Positions 26,789 to 40,465 are shown, counted from the whole stretch's first letter. The stretch: 63,058 nt of DNA, filler included, from Bonamia ostreae (GCA_040357525.1; 55 parts of 55 records of this genome joined end to end with filler, not necessarily neighbours in it); one strand, 5' to 3'. Numbers and translations: made by a program. Notes: generated by a model from the letters alone, not told the origin.

Positions 26789-27558
26789 TTAAAATACTTT
26801 AATGTACTCGTTGATCCAACAATATCTAGAAAAGAGCACGTAAAGTTTCCTGTACCAACTAAACTGGCTGTTATGAATTCTCATCGACAGAGCGCAGTCT
26901 TTTACGCCATTAAATACAAAAAAATCACTAAACTTTATAAAATAACGTAAAATTGTCTTCATCGAAATTCCAAAGTTTGCTCAAAATAGTAAAAGGAAAT
27001 TCAATGAAGAAAATGTATTTTTGCAGTGAATTTACGGTTTTTAACTTGAAAAGCGAGACCTTGTTTTCTACAAAAAAGTCACTTTTGCTACATATATTGT
27101 CGCAAAGCAAAACCTTATAGCTTTAAAGATATCAATATGGTTGGGATGATTGGAAACGCCATTTTCGTCAAAAGTTATAACCTTAAAAATTAGTAAATTT
27201 ACATTTTTAATGCCATTTTTAGTAATATAGTCTTCTACTGTTTTTCTGATTTTCGAGTGCGGCCATTTTTCTTTTAAACCGTCCACAAAATAGTTGGTTT
27301 CGCTTATTTTTAGTTTTGAAATTCCCAAAAATTCGGCTGATGAAACCAGCTCGTTCGTTCTAACACCATCCTTCCCGCCTTTTGATAGACAAAGCAGGTG
27401 AATTTTTAGTTTGGGGTTGAGCGATTTTATCGTCGGAAGAAAAAACATTGTCTTTTATGTTGCGAAAAACCTCGTCGTCTGGATGAGCAGTGACCAATAA
27501 AATATTTGTTTTCATTTCGGTTGTGGCGAATTGTATGTTGATTGTTAAATAAGTGACG
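26789..27558 (-). CDS. PIGL: N-acetylglucosaminyl-phosphatidylinositol de-N-acetylase (PIG-L/GPI12), 5' partial; introns 27452-27470, 27182-27202, 27088-27113 and 26928-26946
   Basis: Spliced product has AHPDDE^TMFF, VITFDENGVSNHPNH, LKTVNSLQKY and SMRIHNSQFSWYRKLYVLFSRY. Confidence 0.92.
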
Positions 27559-28807
27559 NNNNNNNNNNNNNNNNNNNNNNNNNNNNNNNNNNNNNNNNNN
27601 NNTTAATTAATTAANNNNNNNNNNNNNNNNNNNNNNNNNNNNNNNNNNNNNNNNNNNNAAACACGTAGTACATCGACTATGAGATTGGTTATAATCATTG
27701 CAATCCAATCAACATTTATAGGTACTTGAAAGCTTATTTACATCAACATTTCAGGAAACGTTTTCATATCATCAATAAATTTCATGTGCAACAGTCACAA
27801 CGTACATTTAATAAAGTTCATATTTAATCTTGCTGTTGAAAATACTTGGCTGAAGCTTTTCAGAAACTCCTTGCCGGATGATTAAAGTTTCATGAGATTT
27901 GTAAATTATCTCTGATTCTACATGTAGTAGTGTGTGTTTTATAATAAACTTTTCTCAGCATCAGACAGATACATGTCCTAGATATAAGAAAGGTCCTCAT
28001 ATTGAGCTTATGATAATATGGAGAGCTCTAGTTCAAGACTCGGTATAATGATAAGGATAATGTCATTAGTATAGAATGCTGTATGGGGGAATTTGATAAT
28101 GGAATTTGTGTATGTTTTAGATTGAATGAAACTATCCGAAAGATTCATGATATGAAATACAAAAATAGTGAACATTTTCGCCGGAATTCGAACAAAAAGT
28201 GACAAGATCATGAGACGATGGGGATACTTTTGACCTATAAAGTGTAAATATATGTAATAAATGAGAGCAGCAGAATTTCTGTATCAAAGGAACAACACAC
28301 ACCTTGCAGTAACGTAAGTTTGAAATGTGATAAGTTATGTTAGGACCTTAATGAAACTCATTTCAATAATTGACTTTGAAAACAAAATTCTTCCAAACAT
28401 TTAACAGATGGCTGCTTGGGGTGGAGGTGGGGGGGTTGCATCTTTTAAAAAGGGAACGTTTTGCTACATAGCATATTATTGGAAAACATCACAATGTGTA
28501 TATGGTACAATATGCTACCACGTTAGAGATTATTCGGAACATAACAATCATGTTGTACAGATAAGAGATGATGACAAAAATAACCTTTTATCGACAAAAA
28601 TGGAAATCAAAATGCATGATATTTGGATTTCAATACTAAAACCTCATTCCGTATTAGCCTAGAGGATCAGAAATAATATTCGGAGCAATACTCCATCAAT
28701 GATTGANNNNNNNNNNNNNNNNNNNNNNNNNNNNNNNNNNNNNNNNNNNNTTAATTAATTAANNNNNNNNNNNNNNNNNNNNNNNNNNNNNNNNNNNNNN
28801 NNNNNNA

Positions 28808-29041
28808 AATCCAAAGTATTTGAACAGTGAAATATCGAAAATTGAATTTTCTTTACCTGAAATTTCATCTGAAAACGGGAAAACTTATGCATGGGAAGAA
28901 GAAAATGCATCTACAGAAGGTGAAAGATTTTCATCTGTAAAATCTGAAACTTTTTCATCTTAAAAATCTGAAACTTGTTCATCTGAAGAATCTGAAACTT
29001 ATTCATCTGAAGACAGTGATAAAACCAATTTGTCGAATAAA
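28808..29041 (+). pseudogene. Ser/Glu-rich 24-nt repeat reading frame interrupted by one TAA
   Basis: ...FSSVKSETFSS*KSETCSSEESETYSSED...; TAA at 28961 aligns with GTA/GAA/GAA in neighbouring repeats. Confidence 0.35.
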
Positions 29042-32000
29042 GGTATCCAAGTCTTTAAATGATTTAACAACTAAGTTTTATACTTTACAAATTATTTAAC
29101 AACAAAAAATCCTTTATTTTAAAAATATTGATTTGAATAAAAGAACTGCCGTGGGATTAATTTTATGATTAACTAGTTCACACAATATTGCAAAATTTAC
29201 AATTTAATAAATAATAAAACATGTTTTTAGTCAAAATTTAATAAGTTCAGTAAATTGATCAACCAACTTGCCAATCATTTATACAAAGTGTAGGCCTATT
29301 GTTCTTCTTTTTAAAACGGTTGTTCTTAGTCAATGTTAAACTGTCCATCTTTTTAGACAACTCCTTAAAAATGAAAAAAAAACGTCTTTTTCCTTTCTCA
29401 ATTTTTTATTTTCAGAGTTTATATTGACCAAAATCAGACCTAAGTTTATATGAAGTATGACCAAAATAACTATAATCACAACCTAAATTTACAATAAGTT
29501 TAATAAAATTAGAGGTAAAAACATACAAAGTTTCAAATGCCATTATGTGTTTAGAATAAAAAAGATTTTATTGTTATGATAGTTTATATTCTTGCCAAAC
29601 CATCAAGAATTTTTATATACGTTGGAACCTCAAAAAGGATCGATTTTGTCTAAGTGAATTCATATTCACTCAGATTTTCTCACTTCTTTGATTCTCTCAA
29701 TTAACATGTTACATTTTTCTTTTGATGAGAAAATTAAGCTTAGTTACAATGGGACTCATTATGAATCAAATAATTCGCTTTATTTTTGGGAAAAAGGTTT
29801 AAATTGTAAATATATAATTAGTTTGGTATTCTAAACACATTTTATTAAATTATTNNNNNNNNNNNNNNNNNNNNNNNNNNNNNNNNNNNNNNNNNNNNTT
29901 AATTAATTAANNNNNNNNNNNNNNNNNNNNNNNNNNNNNNNNNNNNNNNNNNNNATACACTTAAAATTCCACATTGATATGAAGTCTTTATGATTATTCA
30001 TAATAAATGTATTATCATATAAGGTAAAATACAATGGAAATTTTGATACCCGGAAACAAGGCATTAAGACTATAAAATCGAACTGTAAACATTTTGAATA
30101 CTTCTAGCAGAGATGTTTCAAAACCCCGCTGTTTATAAAAAAAAAATCAAATACCAAGATATGCTAGAAATTCAGTTTGTTTATGGCAATTATTTCAAAA
30201 GTTAGTTGAATTCGAAATTTAATTTAGATTCTGCTCTTAGTTTATGATCTGAAGGCCAGGCCTGGATTCATCGAAATTTGAAACTTGGACTTAAGTATAA
30301 GATCAAAACTGCTCAAATGAAAGGAAACTCAAACTTAATTTTTTTTTTTTGGGGGGGGGGGGGGGGGTTTCCAAGCCAGATATCCGGTTCCGGACACTAG
30401 CATTGTACTTAAAATTCCATATTAATTGGACGAATTGTCTTTGAAACGGATTATACTTTGTTATTTTGTATTTATTTTTTTTACGTTTCTCATCCTGGCA
30501 GTCTTTTTTCCACATCATGCACTTTTTTATTAGTGTTTTATCGCAATTAAGACTTGACATCACTGAGCAGTTGTGTTATAAACAAAGTATAAAAAAAATG
30601 CATTGTGTGAAACAAAAATGTCGTCCATATTTGAAACGTAAAAAAGTACAAAGTAACATTACAACTGCCCCGTAACGTCATATTAACGCAATAAAAAGTT
30701 GTAGTCACGACTTACTAAAGTCGTATCACTGAGATACAGTGTAAGGGGTCGTGACAAAGAGACATAATGTCGCCATTACGATTTGCGTAATGAACTACTG
30801 AGATTACAGTTATCAGCGGCTGCGAATGAAACAGATTTAAATGTAATTTAGCCACAATTCAGTCACGACTCTTGACTTCCATGTCAAACTGGAATTCATT
30901 TGTCAGATTGACCACTACAAGATTTCAAATGAATTGAGGTTTTTAGTACCTGTATAAAGCTTTCCAGAGATTGGTGTATATGTAAAACACACACACACAC
31001 ACNNNNNNNNNNNNNNNNNNNNNNNNNNNNNNNNNNNNNNNNNNNNTTAATTAATTAANNNNNNNNNNNNNNNNNNNNNNNNNNNNNNNNNNNNNNNNNN
31101 NNACGGGTGACTTTCACTAGGCATATCCTCGTTTTCCATGTTTTCCTTTATCGAATGTGATAGAGAAAGTTAGTGAATACAATAATATCGAGTTCATTCC
31201 CAAAGCTTATTGCGCATTGTTGGAGAATTTAGTGAATGAAGAAAAAGAGAAAATGACAAATACTGTAGAAAAACTATAATTTACGACCAAATATTAGGAA
31301 AGCGGTTTTTAAAATTATCCTCACATGTATACGTGGGATAAAAAACCAAAGGGTGATAATAGTAATAATAATGTTAATACCATATTTATATGGTAGACTT
31401 TTCTTACACTATGAACTCTCAAATGTTCTTTTACAATTGTAACAACATGGTCATCAGATACACGGTCTTCCAAACACAATAGAGTGAGATATTTCAACAT
31501 TGAGAGTAATTAAAAAACTGATATAATTGATTCAGAAATGAAGGAGATTTGAAAATGAAATTCGAAAATTTGTCAATTTTCTTTTTAGGAATCTCAGGTT
31601 TTTATGAACAATAATAGAGAAAGGAGGCCTTCAATTTGATCAACTACAGATTTTTTCTTTTTCTTTTTTCATAAATTCAATGCTCTGGGATTAAACATTA
31701 CACACAGTTGACGGATAAAAAGCCAATTGTATCACACGTTAATTCAACGATAAATCAACGTTAACATTAATTTAATGTTAAATCGTATTAATCTAACGTT
31801 AAATCCATTTAACGCCAAAGTAACGTAGATTGTTAATGTTAAATGTACTAACATTATATTATCATTAAACATTAAACTTTAATGTTGATTTAATGTTACA
31901 ATATCATATAATGTGTAAATAATGAAAAGAATGCAATATTACAAAATTAACGTTCATGTAACGTTAATGAAATAACGTAAATTACCCTTAAAATTAGCTA

Positions 32001-32737
32001 ACGTAAATTTGACGTGAAATATTTGTATAGTGTTCTACTTAAAAATCAGGCAATATCGCATTTTCATGATTAGTCCGTGTTCACGAAATGTTTCCCAACT
32101 TAGTATACTAAGTCATTTCGCCTTGTTCCAAAATTATGGAAAATCCACGCNNNNNNNNNNNNNNNNNNNNNNNNNNNNNNNNNNNNNNNNNNNNTTAATT
32201 AATTAANNNNNNNNNNNNNNNNNNNNNNNNNNNNNNNNNNNNNNNNNNNNTTTATAAAATGTTTTTGCTTGAAATGAAAGGTTCTTAATACATCATTTTG
32301 TTTCTTTCAGCGTCCCGTTGTTCTTCACTATTTTGACTAAATTTGTTAAAATGATCAATTTTAAAACATCATAAAACTAAAAAGCCAAAAATGGCTGAAA
32401 AGAAATCATGTTGTTGGAACTTTGTTGGCAGATTTTACGATCTATATTTTTATTCCAAAAACAAAATTATAAAATTTGCAGGGAGAGGTAAAACTCTAAA
32501 AGTTCGATCTACTTGGATTGTTTCACAAGTCTTTCTTCATAAAATTTATTGTTTTAAAATGAATATTTGTGTATTTTTGGCAAAACAATCAAATATTTGT
32601 TGCCAATTAAAATGAATATTTGTTGTTCATTGTTGTCAAAACAATTTTATTATTACAATTAACTCAAATTACAATTTTTACCAATTGCAAGTATGAAAAT
32701 TTATTGTATAAAATGACTCATTTACATTCTTTAAAAT

Positions 32738-33064
32738 ATGTACAAAAAGGCAATTGGAATAACATTAGCAATTTTTAGTTGTTACAAAATCGGTTATTTC
32801 CCAAAAGAGACGAGGGGATTAATAGCTATCTTTATAGTGCTTATCATATCTTATATACTTTTTAGCTTGTTGCATTTGATAAAGATTTCAGAATGTTGTG
32901 TGTGTTTGGGCTGTGAGGTGAACGCTACAAATCGGCATCATCTTGTCGCCGGTTACACATTTTGTCTTTCGTTTTTGTCGGTTGGATATGGCTTCTATCT
33001 TGGTTCCATCAGTTTCTTTGCGTGGATTTATTTTGTTTCAATGGTTTATTGTTTAACAAATTAA
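32738..33064 (+). CDS. Hypothetical small multi-pass membrane protein
   Basis: 108-aa ORF with 3-4 hydrophobic segments in an AT-rich contig; source genome unclear. Confidence 0.35.
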   Translation: MYKKAIGITLAIFSCYKIGYFPKETRGLIAIFIVLIISYILFSLLHLIKISECCVCLGCEVNATNRHHLVAGYTFCLSFLSVGYGFYLGSISFFAWIYFVSMVYCLTN

Positions 33065-33398
33065 CATTTTAATAAATTTACATGTTTCAATGGTTTAACA
33101 AATTTATTTTGTACATTTATTGTTTCTATGGAATTAAAATTAAAATAACAGATTTTCTTTTAATAAAAATTTAAGAAATTGTTTAATTTTTTATTGTTAC
33201 AATAGTTTTTTCTCGGATACTTGATGTTAGGTTATAAAGAAATATTGTTGTTGTATCATTGTGATCAAAAGCATTCTAGTTCAAAAAACTCACAAAAANN
33301 NNNNNNNNNNNNNNNNNNNNNNNNNNNNNNNNNNNNNNNNNNTTAATTAATTAANNNNNNNNNNNNNNNNNNNNNNNNNNNNNNNNNNNNNNNNNNNN

Positions 33399-34425
33399 CG
33401 GAGGGAGCTGGCTCGACGATCTGCACATGATCGACGTGGCAGACTCGAAAAAGCCGTGTGACCGAGCGAAGCCACTCGTTTGGCAGCGCCCCGAAGCCAA
33501 AGGGACCGCGCCCTGCGCGCGGGCAGCGGCGACGGCCGTTTCGATGGACAACATGATTTTCTATTTTGGAGGCAACAACGGAGTCAAGTTCTTCAACGAT
33601 GTCCACGTGCTCGACGTCGGTGCGTAAATTTTAGACTTTTAGAGAAAATGGAATGGCGGTGCGTCAGAACTAAAGGGACGGCGCCGTCTCCGAGAGCAGG
33701 CCACACCGCGACGCTAATGCAGAACGACAGAATGGTCGTCTTCGGAGGCGGCGTGGCCGACGGTTATTCGAACGACATTTTCGTTCTGAATTTAGGTTTG
33801 ATAGCTAATCGACGCAGAGACGGCGACATGGACGAAACCGAAAATAATCGGCACTGCGCCGTGCCCGAGAGCCGGGCATACCGCAATGCCGATTTTAAAC
33901 AGGACGGCAATGCTGGTTTTCGGAGGGGGGTTTAGCCAGAAGGTCTACGGCGATTTGCACCTTTTCGACATCGAAATGGGGAAATGGACGAGACCTTCGG
34001 ACGCGGGATATTTGCCACAAGCGCGAGCTGGCCACTCGTGCGTGACAATGTCCAACATAGCTTATTTTTTCGGAGGGGCGGACGGGGACAGCCATGTTTT
34101 CAACGACGTGTATTCGCTGGACACCGCATTTCTTCTGTTGAAGAATTTGGCGCCGTCGTCGGTCGGGTTCGAGTTGTATGAAAACAAATTTGTTGATTTA
34201 AATTTGGTGGAGAAACTGGAATCGAAGATCAGTAGTTTGGCTCTAAAAACCAGAAAATCGCATAACAACGCAATCCAGAATTTGAAGGAGTTATTGAGAA
34301 TAGAAGAGAACAGTAGAAAGAAGAACGAGAAAAAATTTAGGGAGCTTAAAGCTGATTTGGCCGTTTTGAGGAAGAATTTTTTAGAGTCTGAGAAACCGGC
34401 GAAAGATAGAAGGAATAAATTTTAA
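33399..34425 (+). CDS. Kelch-repeat protein with C-terminal coiled coil, 5' partial; introns 33620-33642 and 33796-33817
   Basis: Repeated G.AP.PRAGH...FGG...NDV..LD units restored in frame by 23-nt and 22-nt introns. Confidence 0.92.
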
Positions 34426-34545
34426 ATTTATTATTTTGTTGTAGCNNNNNNNNNNNNNNNNNNNNNNNNNNNNNNNNNNNNNNNNNNNNTTAATTAATTA
34501 ANNNNNNNNNNNNNNNNNNNNNNNNNNNNNNNNNNNNNNNNNNNN

Positions 34546-34615
34546 TATGCTTCGCACTTTAACCATTTGTCCACCATCACAAGTTGATGAGCAAGGGGTC
34601 AGTTTTTTCCATGGA
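34546..34615 (-). CDS. Thrombospondin type-1 repeat exon fragment (host)
   Basis: SPWKKLTPCSSTCDGGQMVKVRS after a tacag acceptor. Confidence 0.6.
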
Positions 34616-34854
34616 CTGTATAAACATTTTGATTCTAATGCAAAACAAAGGACGATATATTATTGATTACATTACTTATATAATCACAGCTTATTAATTG
34701 TGGAATTCCGTTTGGGTATATGAAGACCATAACTGATGCCCGTTACAAAGAGGAATAAATATTTTGGACCAAACATACATATCGCATGAATATCGCTAAA
34801 ATACTTCTTGCATATTTTAAATTTTAAAACAAAACCAAGAAAGGAACAACGCAC

Positions 34855-34974
34855 CTGATCCGCAATATCCACAGTATTCTGCACAGTTTTGTTTTGCCCA
34901 TTTTTCATACCGAGGTTGACACATTGATTTTCCATATTCATGACAATCATTTCTGTTGTTCACACATTCTTTAC
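34855..34974 (-). CDS. ShK toxin-like (ShKT) domain exon (host)
   Basis: 120-nt phase 1-1 exon bounded by AG/GT encoding KECVNNRNDCHEYGKSMCQPRYEKWAKQNCAEYCGYCGS (six-Cys ShKT pattern); not in the ORF track. Confidence 0.8.
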
Positions 34975-36044
34975 CTTCGAACATAAGTCAATTATTTTGA
35001 CTAATATAACACCGTTTCAAAATTTATCCATATGTAACACTTATCTTTACATAAAAATGTTTTAAGCAGACACAGATCGAGAACACAATCATTAACAATA
35101 CGTACAAATCTGATTGATTAATTCTTTCAAATGATCAATACTTCGCACTGTAGTATATCTAAGATATTTCCTTTTTCACAGTATAATGTGGTTTTCTTCA
35201 TGGGGTTGATGCATGGGCCGTTTCCTAGTTGTAGAGAGGGAATCATTTGGGTCGTCTAAATCCGTTCAATCAAATAGAAACACTATAACAGGTATTGTAT
35301 TCTTTCCTCGCAAGTTATCGAAATAAAGGTCGTCACGTAATCAAAATTATAGTGATGTGTACCTTTTCGTAACTTATGATAAATTTATGTACTTTGTACA
35401 AATGTATGACCTAAGGACGAAATATTTGGTGTTAAAGAATAGAATCAACTAAAATATTTTCAAACTGTAGAGAAATTGTTAGTAGTCAGTTACAATATTA
35501 CTCACAGTATGATGACAAGATTTGACCTATTCGTGTTTATAGACACAAATGTATGTTTTTAAAAAAAAACGGCGCATGTGACCGGTCAACAGNNNNNNNN
35601 NNNNNNNNNNNNNNNNNNNNNNNNNNNNNNNNNNNNTTAATTAATTAANNNNNNNNNNNNNNNNNNNNNNNNNNNNNNNNNNNNNNNNNNNNTGATGGGC
35701 GTATACAAATTCCTAGCAAAGGCTAAAGGGATTACCAAAGACGCAATGCTAAAAGCAAGACACTTCTTATTGCTGTCTAAATTTGACATGTCCGCAGTTG
35801 ACATTATAAACTCAACAATAATTTCATTCCGACATTGCAACCATGCTTTGGGAGTAAAATTTACAAGCATTTCTGTATTCTTGAATTCATTTTGGATGTT
35901 TAGCACTACCTGATACACGTTCAATTCACTGATTTTACTGTTTGTTTCAATATGCTTTACGATTTCCTCGGAAATGGGCAAGGGCATTATTCTGCCCCGT
36001 ATTAATTATTTTTCACAAATGAGTCTTTGCAGTGNNNNNNNNNN

Positions 36045-36739
36045 ACTGACCTGTCGCTTTGATTGTTGGTAATTTGGACTTGAATTTGATGAACAAATAC
36101 CAATTTTCTGAGAACTTTATAAATTCTTCCGATGTGTATTTCGGATCACAATCGCTCCGTACGATTTTAGGAATTCTGTGTCTTGCAAAAATTTATTTCA
36201 TATGTGTAATCACACATGCAGATTTGGTTTTTGTCCAATTTGGCAATTTCAAGATATCTTGATAGTCAACAATTGTGAAGTAATTGCTTTCATTCCAATG
36301 GAATGAGTATGTGCCCACTGCTTCTCATAGTAAGTCTGGTATTTCTGATAATGTCTTTGGTTCTTTTTGATTTGAAGTTCTTTTTTCTAAACAAATATTG
36401 CATGATGAATTTTTTTCTATAATTTCAGCATTCATCTCCGGCCAAAATGTATATTCTCTTGCAAGCTGTTTTGTTTTTTCGATACCCAAATGACCTTCAT
36501 GTAGGTTTTTGAGAATTCTGTTCCTCATTTTAATAGTACAAGGATTCTCTCTTTTTATGATTAATTCTTCTGCTTCTGATAGTACATTTCTGTGTAGCCA
36601 ATATCACTGTATGTCTTTAGGCAAATGTTTTGTCCTCTGGCCACTCTTCATCAATGCACTTTGATACTTTGATCCAGTTTCATGCATTAATCTTCCTTTG
36701 TTCCATTTTTTATTTGTTCAATCTGCCTGTCAGGTACAG
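36045..36739 (-). pseudogene. Decayed Gypsy/Ty3 pol (integrase zinc-binding and core region)
   Basis: MRNRILKNLHEGHLGIEKTKQLAREYTFWPEMNAEI....SCNIC; flanking frames contain stops and frameshifts. Confidence 0.85.
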
Positions 36740-37985
36740 NNNNNNNNNNNNNNNNNNNNNNNNNNNNNNNNNNNNNNNNNNNNTTAATTAATTAANNNNN
36801 NNNNNNNNNNNNNNNNNNNNNNNNNNNNNNNNNNNNNNNGAGCCACCTTAATGAAATAGTATATAGACAAAAGTTAGGCACGGCGATGGAAACCAAAGGT
36901 TGTGTCGACTAATCTCGAGCAATTAAAAATATTACTCTTACAAAGACGTTATCCTAAAGAAATTAATCAAAATCGGAATTAACGAAATGGAATAAAAGAA
37001 ACGACTTCCTTAAGATGAAAAATATATATATTGACTGTGTCATATCATACCTTTCAATACATAACCCTAAAATAAAAACCTTCCTATCTCAGAATCCCAA
37101 ATCATCACAAGTAAACGATAATGCCCTTCTTATCATTCTTATCAGAGTATGTTTTACAAATAATATTAAGGAAACTTCCATCACAAACCTCAATGAAATG
37201 TGTTAATTCTAACCTTATTTATGTAGTTGCCTGCGCCTGATGCCATTTTATCATAATTGTACATTTTTATGTAAAAGATTTTTTTATGGAACATTAAAAC
37301 CCACGTACATGTACCTAATGATTTGTTTACCGTCTGTAGATCTATTTACATTCAAAATCAATTTCATGAATCAAAGAAACCACTAGGAAGGTAATCAACT
37401 TTAAACCACTTTGGTTTTTCTACCACCATGCCGCTTGCACGATGTTTAAATATATATAGGCTCTAATTACATGTACGTGAAAAATGTTTGGAAATTTTCA
37501 TATTTGTACGAGATATAGAACTATTTTTTTTTATTCCCGTCATAATGAAAAGATGTATTTTAACAAACTGCCTTATACATGTATCAGCATTACACGTATT
37601 ACGCCAGTTAGGATAGTGGGACGATGTTATAATTATGTAAAGTAGTTAGTATCGACATGGATCATTCCATCCAGGTCTGCCCCAGCTTTAATATGGTATG
37701 TTTATGAAAGTTTTATTAACATGTATTTTACATTACATTACATTCCATCCGTACAAAAAATTCACAAAAGAATGGTCACATAATAATTGATAAATGCAAT
37801 TGATGTATTCTGGTTTGATTAGACCGGTCGATACATATACTTCGCTTCTTTACTTTTAGGGCAAGATGAGAGATTTTTCGTGAACNNNNNNNNNNNNNNN
37901 NNNNNNNNNNNNNNNNNNNNNNNNNNNNNTTAATTAATTAANNNNNNNNNNNNNNNNNNNNNNNNNNNNNNNNNNNNNNNNNNNN

Positions 37986-38150
37986 GATTTTTTTTCGAAT
38001 TGCCAAAAACATTTTTATCGATTTTTTTTCGAATTGTTAAAATATTTTTATCGATTTATTTCGAATTGCCAAAAACATTTTTATCGATTTTTTTCGAATT
38101 GTTAAAATATTTTTATCGATTTTTTTGAATTGCCAAAAACATTTTTGTCT
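37986..38150. repeat. ~33-bp minisatellite inside the CPSF1 upstream intron
   Basis: Repeated atttttatcgatttttttcgaattg(cc/tt)aaaa. Confidence 0.85.
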
Positions 38151-38193
38151 TTATATTTTTATTAACATTGTTACCACACAACATCTATAAAAG

Positions 38194-38980
38194 CTAATGC
38201 TCTATTATTGGAACGGGACGCATTTGATCGGATGCGCTTTTTTAGACCTGCAATTTTTCTCGACAAGAATAGTTTCGCTCAGAAACTATCTGCTTGTCGG
38301 AGACGCTTACCGATGCATTTACTTGTTACTTTGGGAGCCCCAAACAAGGCAACTTTTGATGATGAGCAGAGATGCTTCAAAGCAAAATGTCACCTCCGCC
38401 GAATTTCTGATCAACAAATCGAGCATCGCTTTCTTTACTTCAGACGGCGATCGCAATTTAAAGATTTTGAACTACGACCCGAAAAGTTTCTAAACGACAT
38501 TTCAAAATGTAAATTGTTTAAAAGACCCGAAAAATCGCGGAGGAAAAAGTTTGGAACAAATAGCGCACTTCCGCTCTGGTCACTTTATCACGAAAAGTGT
38601 TATGTTGAAAGCCAAAAAATCGGAAAAGAAATTTTTTGTGCTCTCCGGTAACATTTTAAAACGATAAAGGTTCCGTCGATGGATCGTTTGTGGTGACAGT
38701 GCCACTCGAAGAAAAGATATTTCGTCGTCTTAAATCTCTGGGAACTATAATGACATATTACTTGGAACACAATGGTGGAACGAATCCTCGAATGTTTAGA
38801 AAATCGGTTCATGACGGCCATTCCAATTACCAAAATTTTTTTATCGATGGCGATTTGGTGGATAAATATCGCCATTTAGACATGTACCGTCAAATCGAAC
38901 TCGCTAGAAAAGTCAAAAGCAGTCGAAAAGAAATTTTGGAGAAATTGAGATTTATTGGTGAATTGACGAGATTTTCATGA
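38194..38980 (+). CDS. CPSF1: Cleavage and polyadenylation specificity factor subunit 1 (CPSF160) C-terminus; introns 38486-38524 and 38648-38669
   Basis: LIGCAFLD..LRNYLLVGDAYRCIYLL..SRD..SAEFLI..SDGDRNL..YDP; GSVDGS; GTNPRMFR; IDGDLV. Confidence 0.92.
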
Positions 38981-40279
38981 TTAAATTTTAATTGATCGAT
39001 TCTTTGATAAAGATTTTGCAAATCTTTTATANNNNNNNNNNNNNNNNNNNNNNNNNNNNNNNNNNNNNNNNNNNNTTAATTAATTAANNNNNNNNNNNNN
39101 NNNNNNNNNNNNNNNNNNNNNNNNNNNNNNNGGATCATAAGTCTTCAGGCATGCCTTTACTTAACATGTTCCATGGTACCAATGACACGGTTATCACTGA
39201 ATGTAAATAAACTATTCATTTTGTAAAGATAAGAAGATATTAAAGGACACGAGTAGAAATAACAATAACGTTTTATGTATCTAGAACAACTAAAATTCGT
39301 CGGAAGTTGAATTTAACACTCTCGTTTAAAGTAAACAACATTTTGCACTATTTACTGTCGTCAAATCTAATTCCCATACACAACCTATTATTTGGGTGGA
39401 ATGTCGTCAGACGTTTTTCATACACATTATTAGACCACTCTTTACATACTGCTTTCAATTAAGGTTTGCAATTATTCTCTGGTCGAGAAATAAGGCTTAC
39501 AGCAGATGTAACCTGCCAANNNNNNNNNNTCCTGCCTTCAAATCCGCCTCGCACTTCTACTCTCGGCGACAAAGAAGGCTCACATCAGCTGGACCCTGCC
39601 CCTAGAGCGTGCTTACGACTCCTAAGGACCCGATCCCCCATCTGGTATGCCCAGGACTTGTGTTTGTCCTATATTCAATTTTGATGTTTTAGAGGATTCA
39701 TGAGATTGATGGCTGTTCGTTATTTTCAATTTTTATCATGTCAGGTTATTTTTCAGTATTCTACATTGTGGAATAGATCAACTATTGACAGAAGTGACAG
39801 AGATTGTTACATTTATATTTCTTTGAAACATTTAGAATGACCACTTAAAATTATCAACAATATGTGTAGGTTATTTCCACTAATTTTGAGAACACAGATA
39901 CTCATAATATGGTAGCTTAATTAGGTCAGGTATGATTCATAGCGAATTGTACAATTCCTTAACATGACTCTCATTCACGGTTAGCATTCGCTGTTACTAA
40001 TGCAAGTGTTTAATGTTTTCAATGTTTTGATAAAGCAATAAAATTGTACTACAAGTTGATGGGTTTTCCGAAATCAGTTATTTTTCAGTGCTAAGCGGAT
40101 TGTCGTGATTGTTTAGAAATGATTGAAGGTATATATCTTTTCAGATAGGATACATAATAATAATAATAATAATAATANNNNNNNNNNNNNNNNNNNNNNN
40201 NNNNNNNNNNNNNNNNNNNNNTTAATTAATTAANNNNNNNNNNNNNNNNNNNNNNNNNNNNNNNNNNNNNNNNNNNNAA

Positions 40280-40417
40280 AAGACGTTTGACTTGAACGAA
40301 GAATATTTTAGAAAAGTGTATCCTCGCTGGGACGAATGGAAAAAGCACAAAAAGACAATGGATCCGCACGCGTTGTTTGAGAACAACTGGGCAAGAAGAA
40401 TTTTCGAGCGCCATTAG
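40280..40417 (+). CDS. C-terminus of an ALO/GULO-type FAD-linked sugar-lactone oxidase (5' partial)
   Basis: KTFDLNEEYFRKVYPRWDEWKKHKKTMDPHALFENNWARRIF fits the ALO C-terminal YP.......DP..LF.N....R.F pattern; not in the ORF track. Confidence 0.65.
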   Translation, partial: KTFDLNEEYFRKVYPRWDEWKKHKKTMDPHALFENNWARRIFERH

Positions 40418-40465
40418 ACATTTCTACATAAATCTGTCCAAATCAAACCATTTCACCAAATTTAC

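Noticed and set aside
29042-29075. GTATCCAA as a possible U12-type donor
   Set aside because: Deviates from RTATCCTT, has no clear TCCTTAAC branch site, and the downstream frame closes quickly
35693-35987. ~100-aa minus-strand ORF next to the Gypsy remnant
   Set aside because: Separated from it by an internal gap and has no recognisable motif
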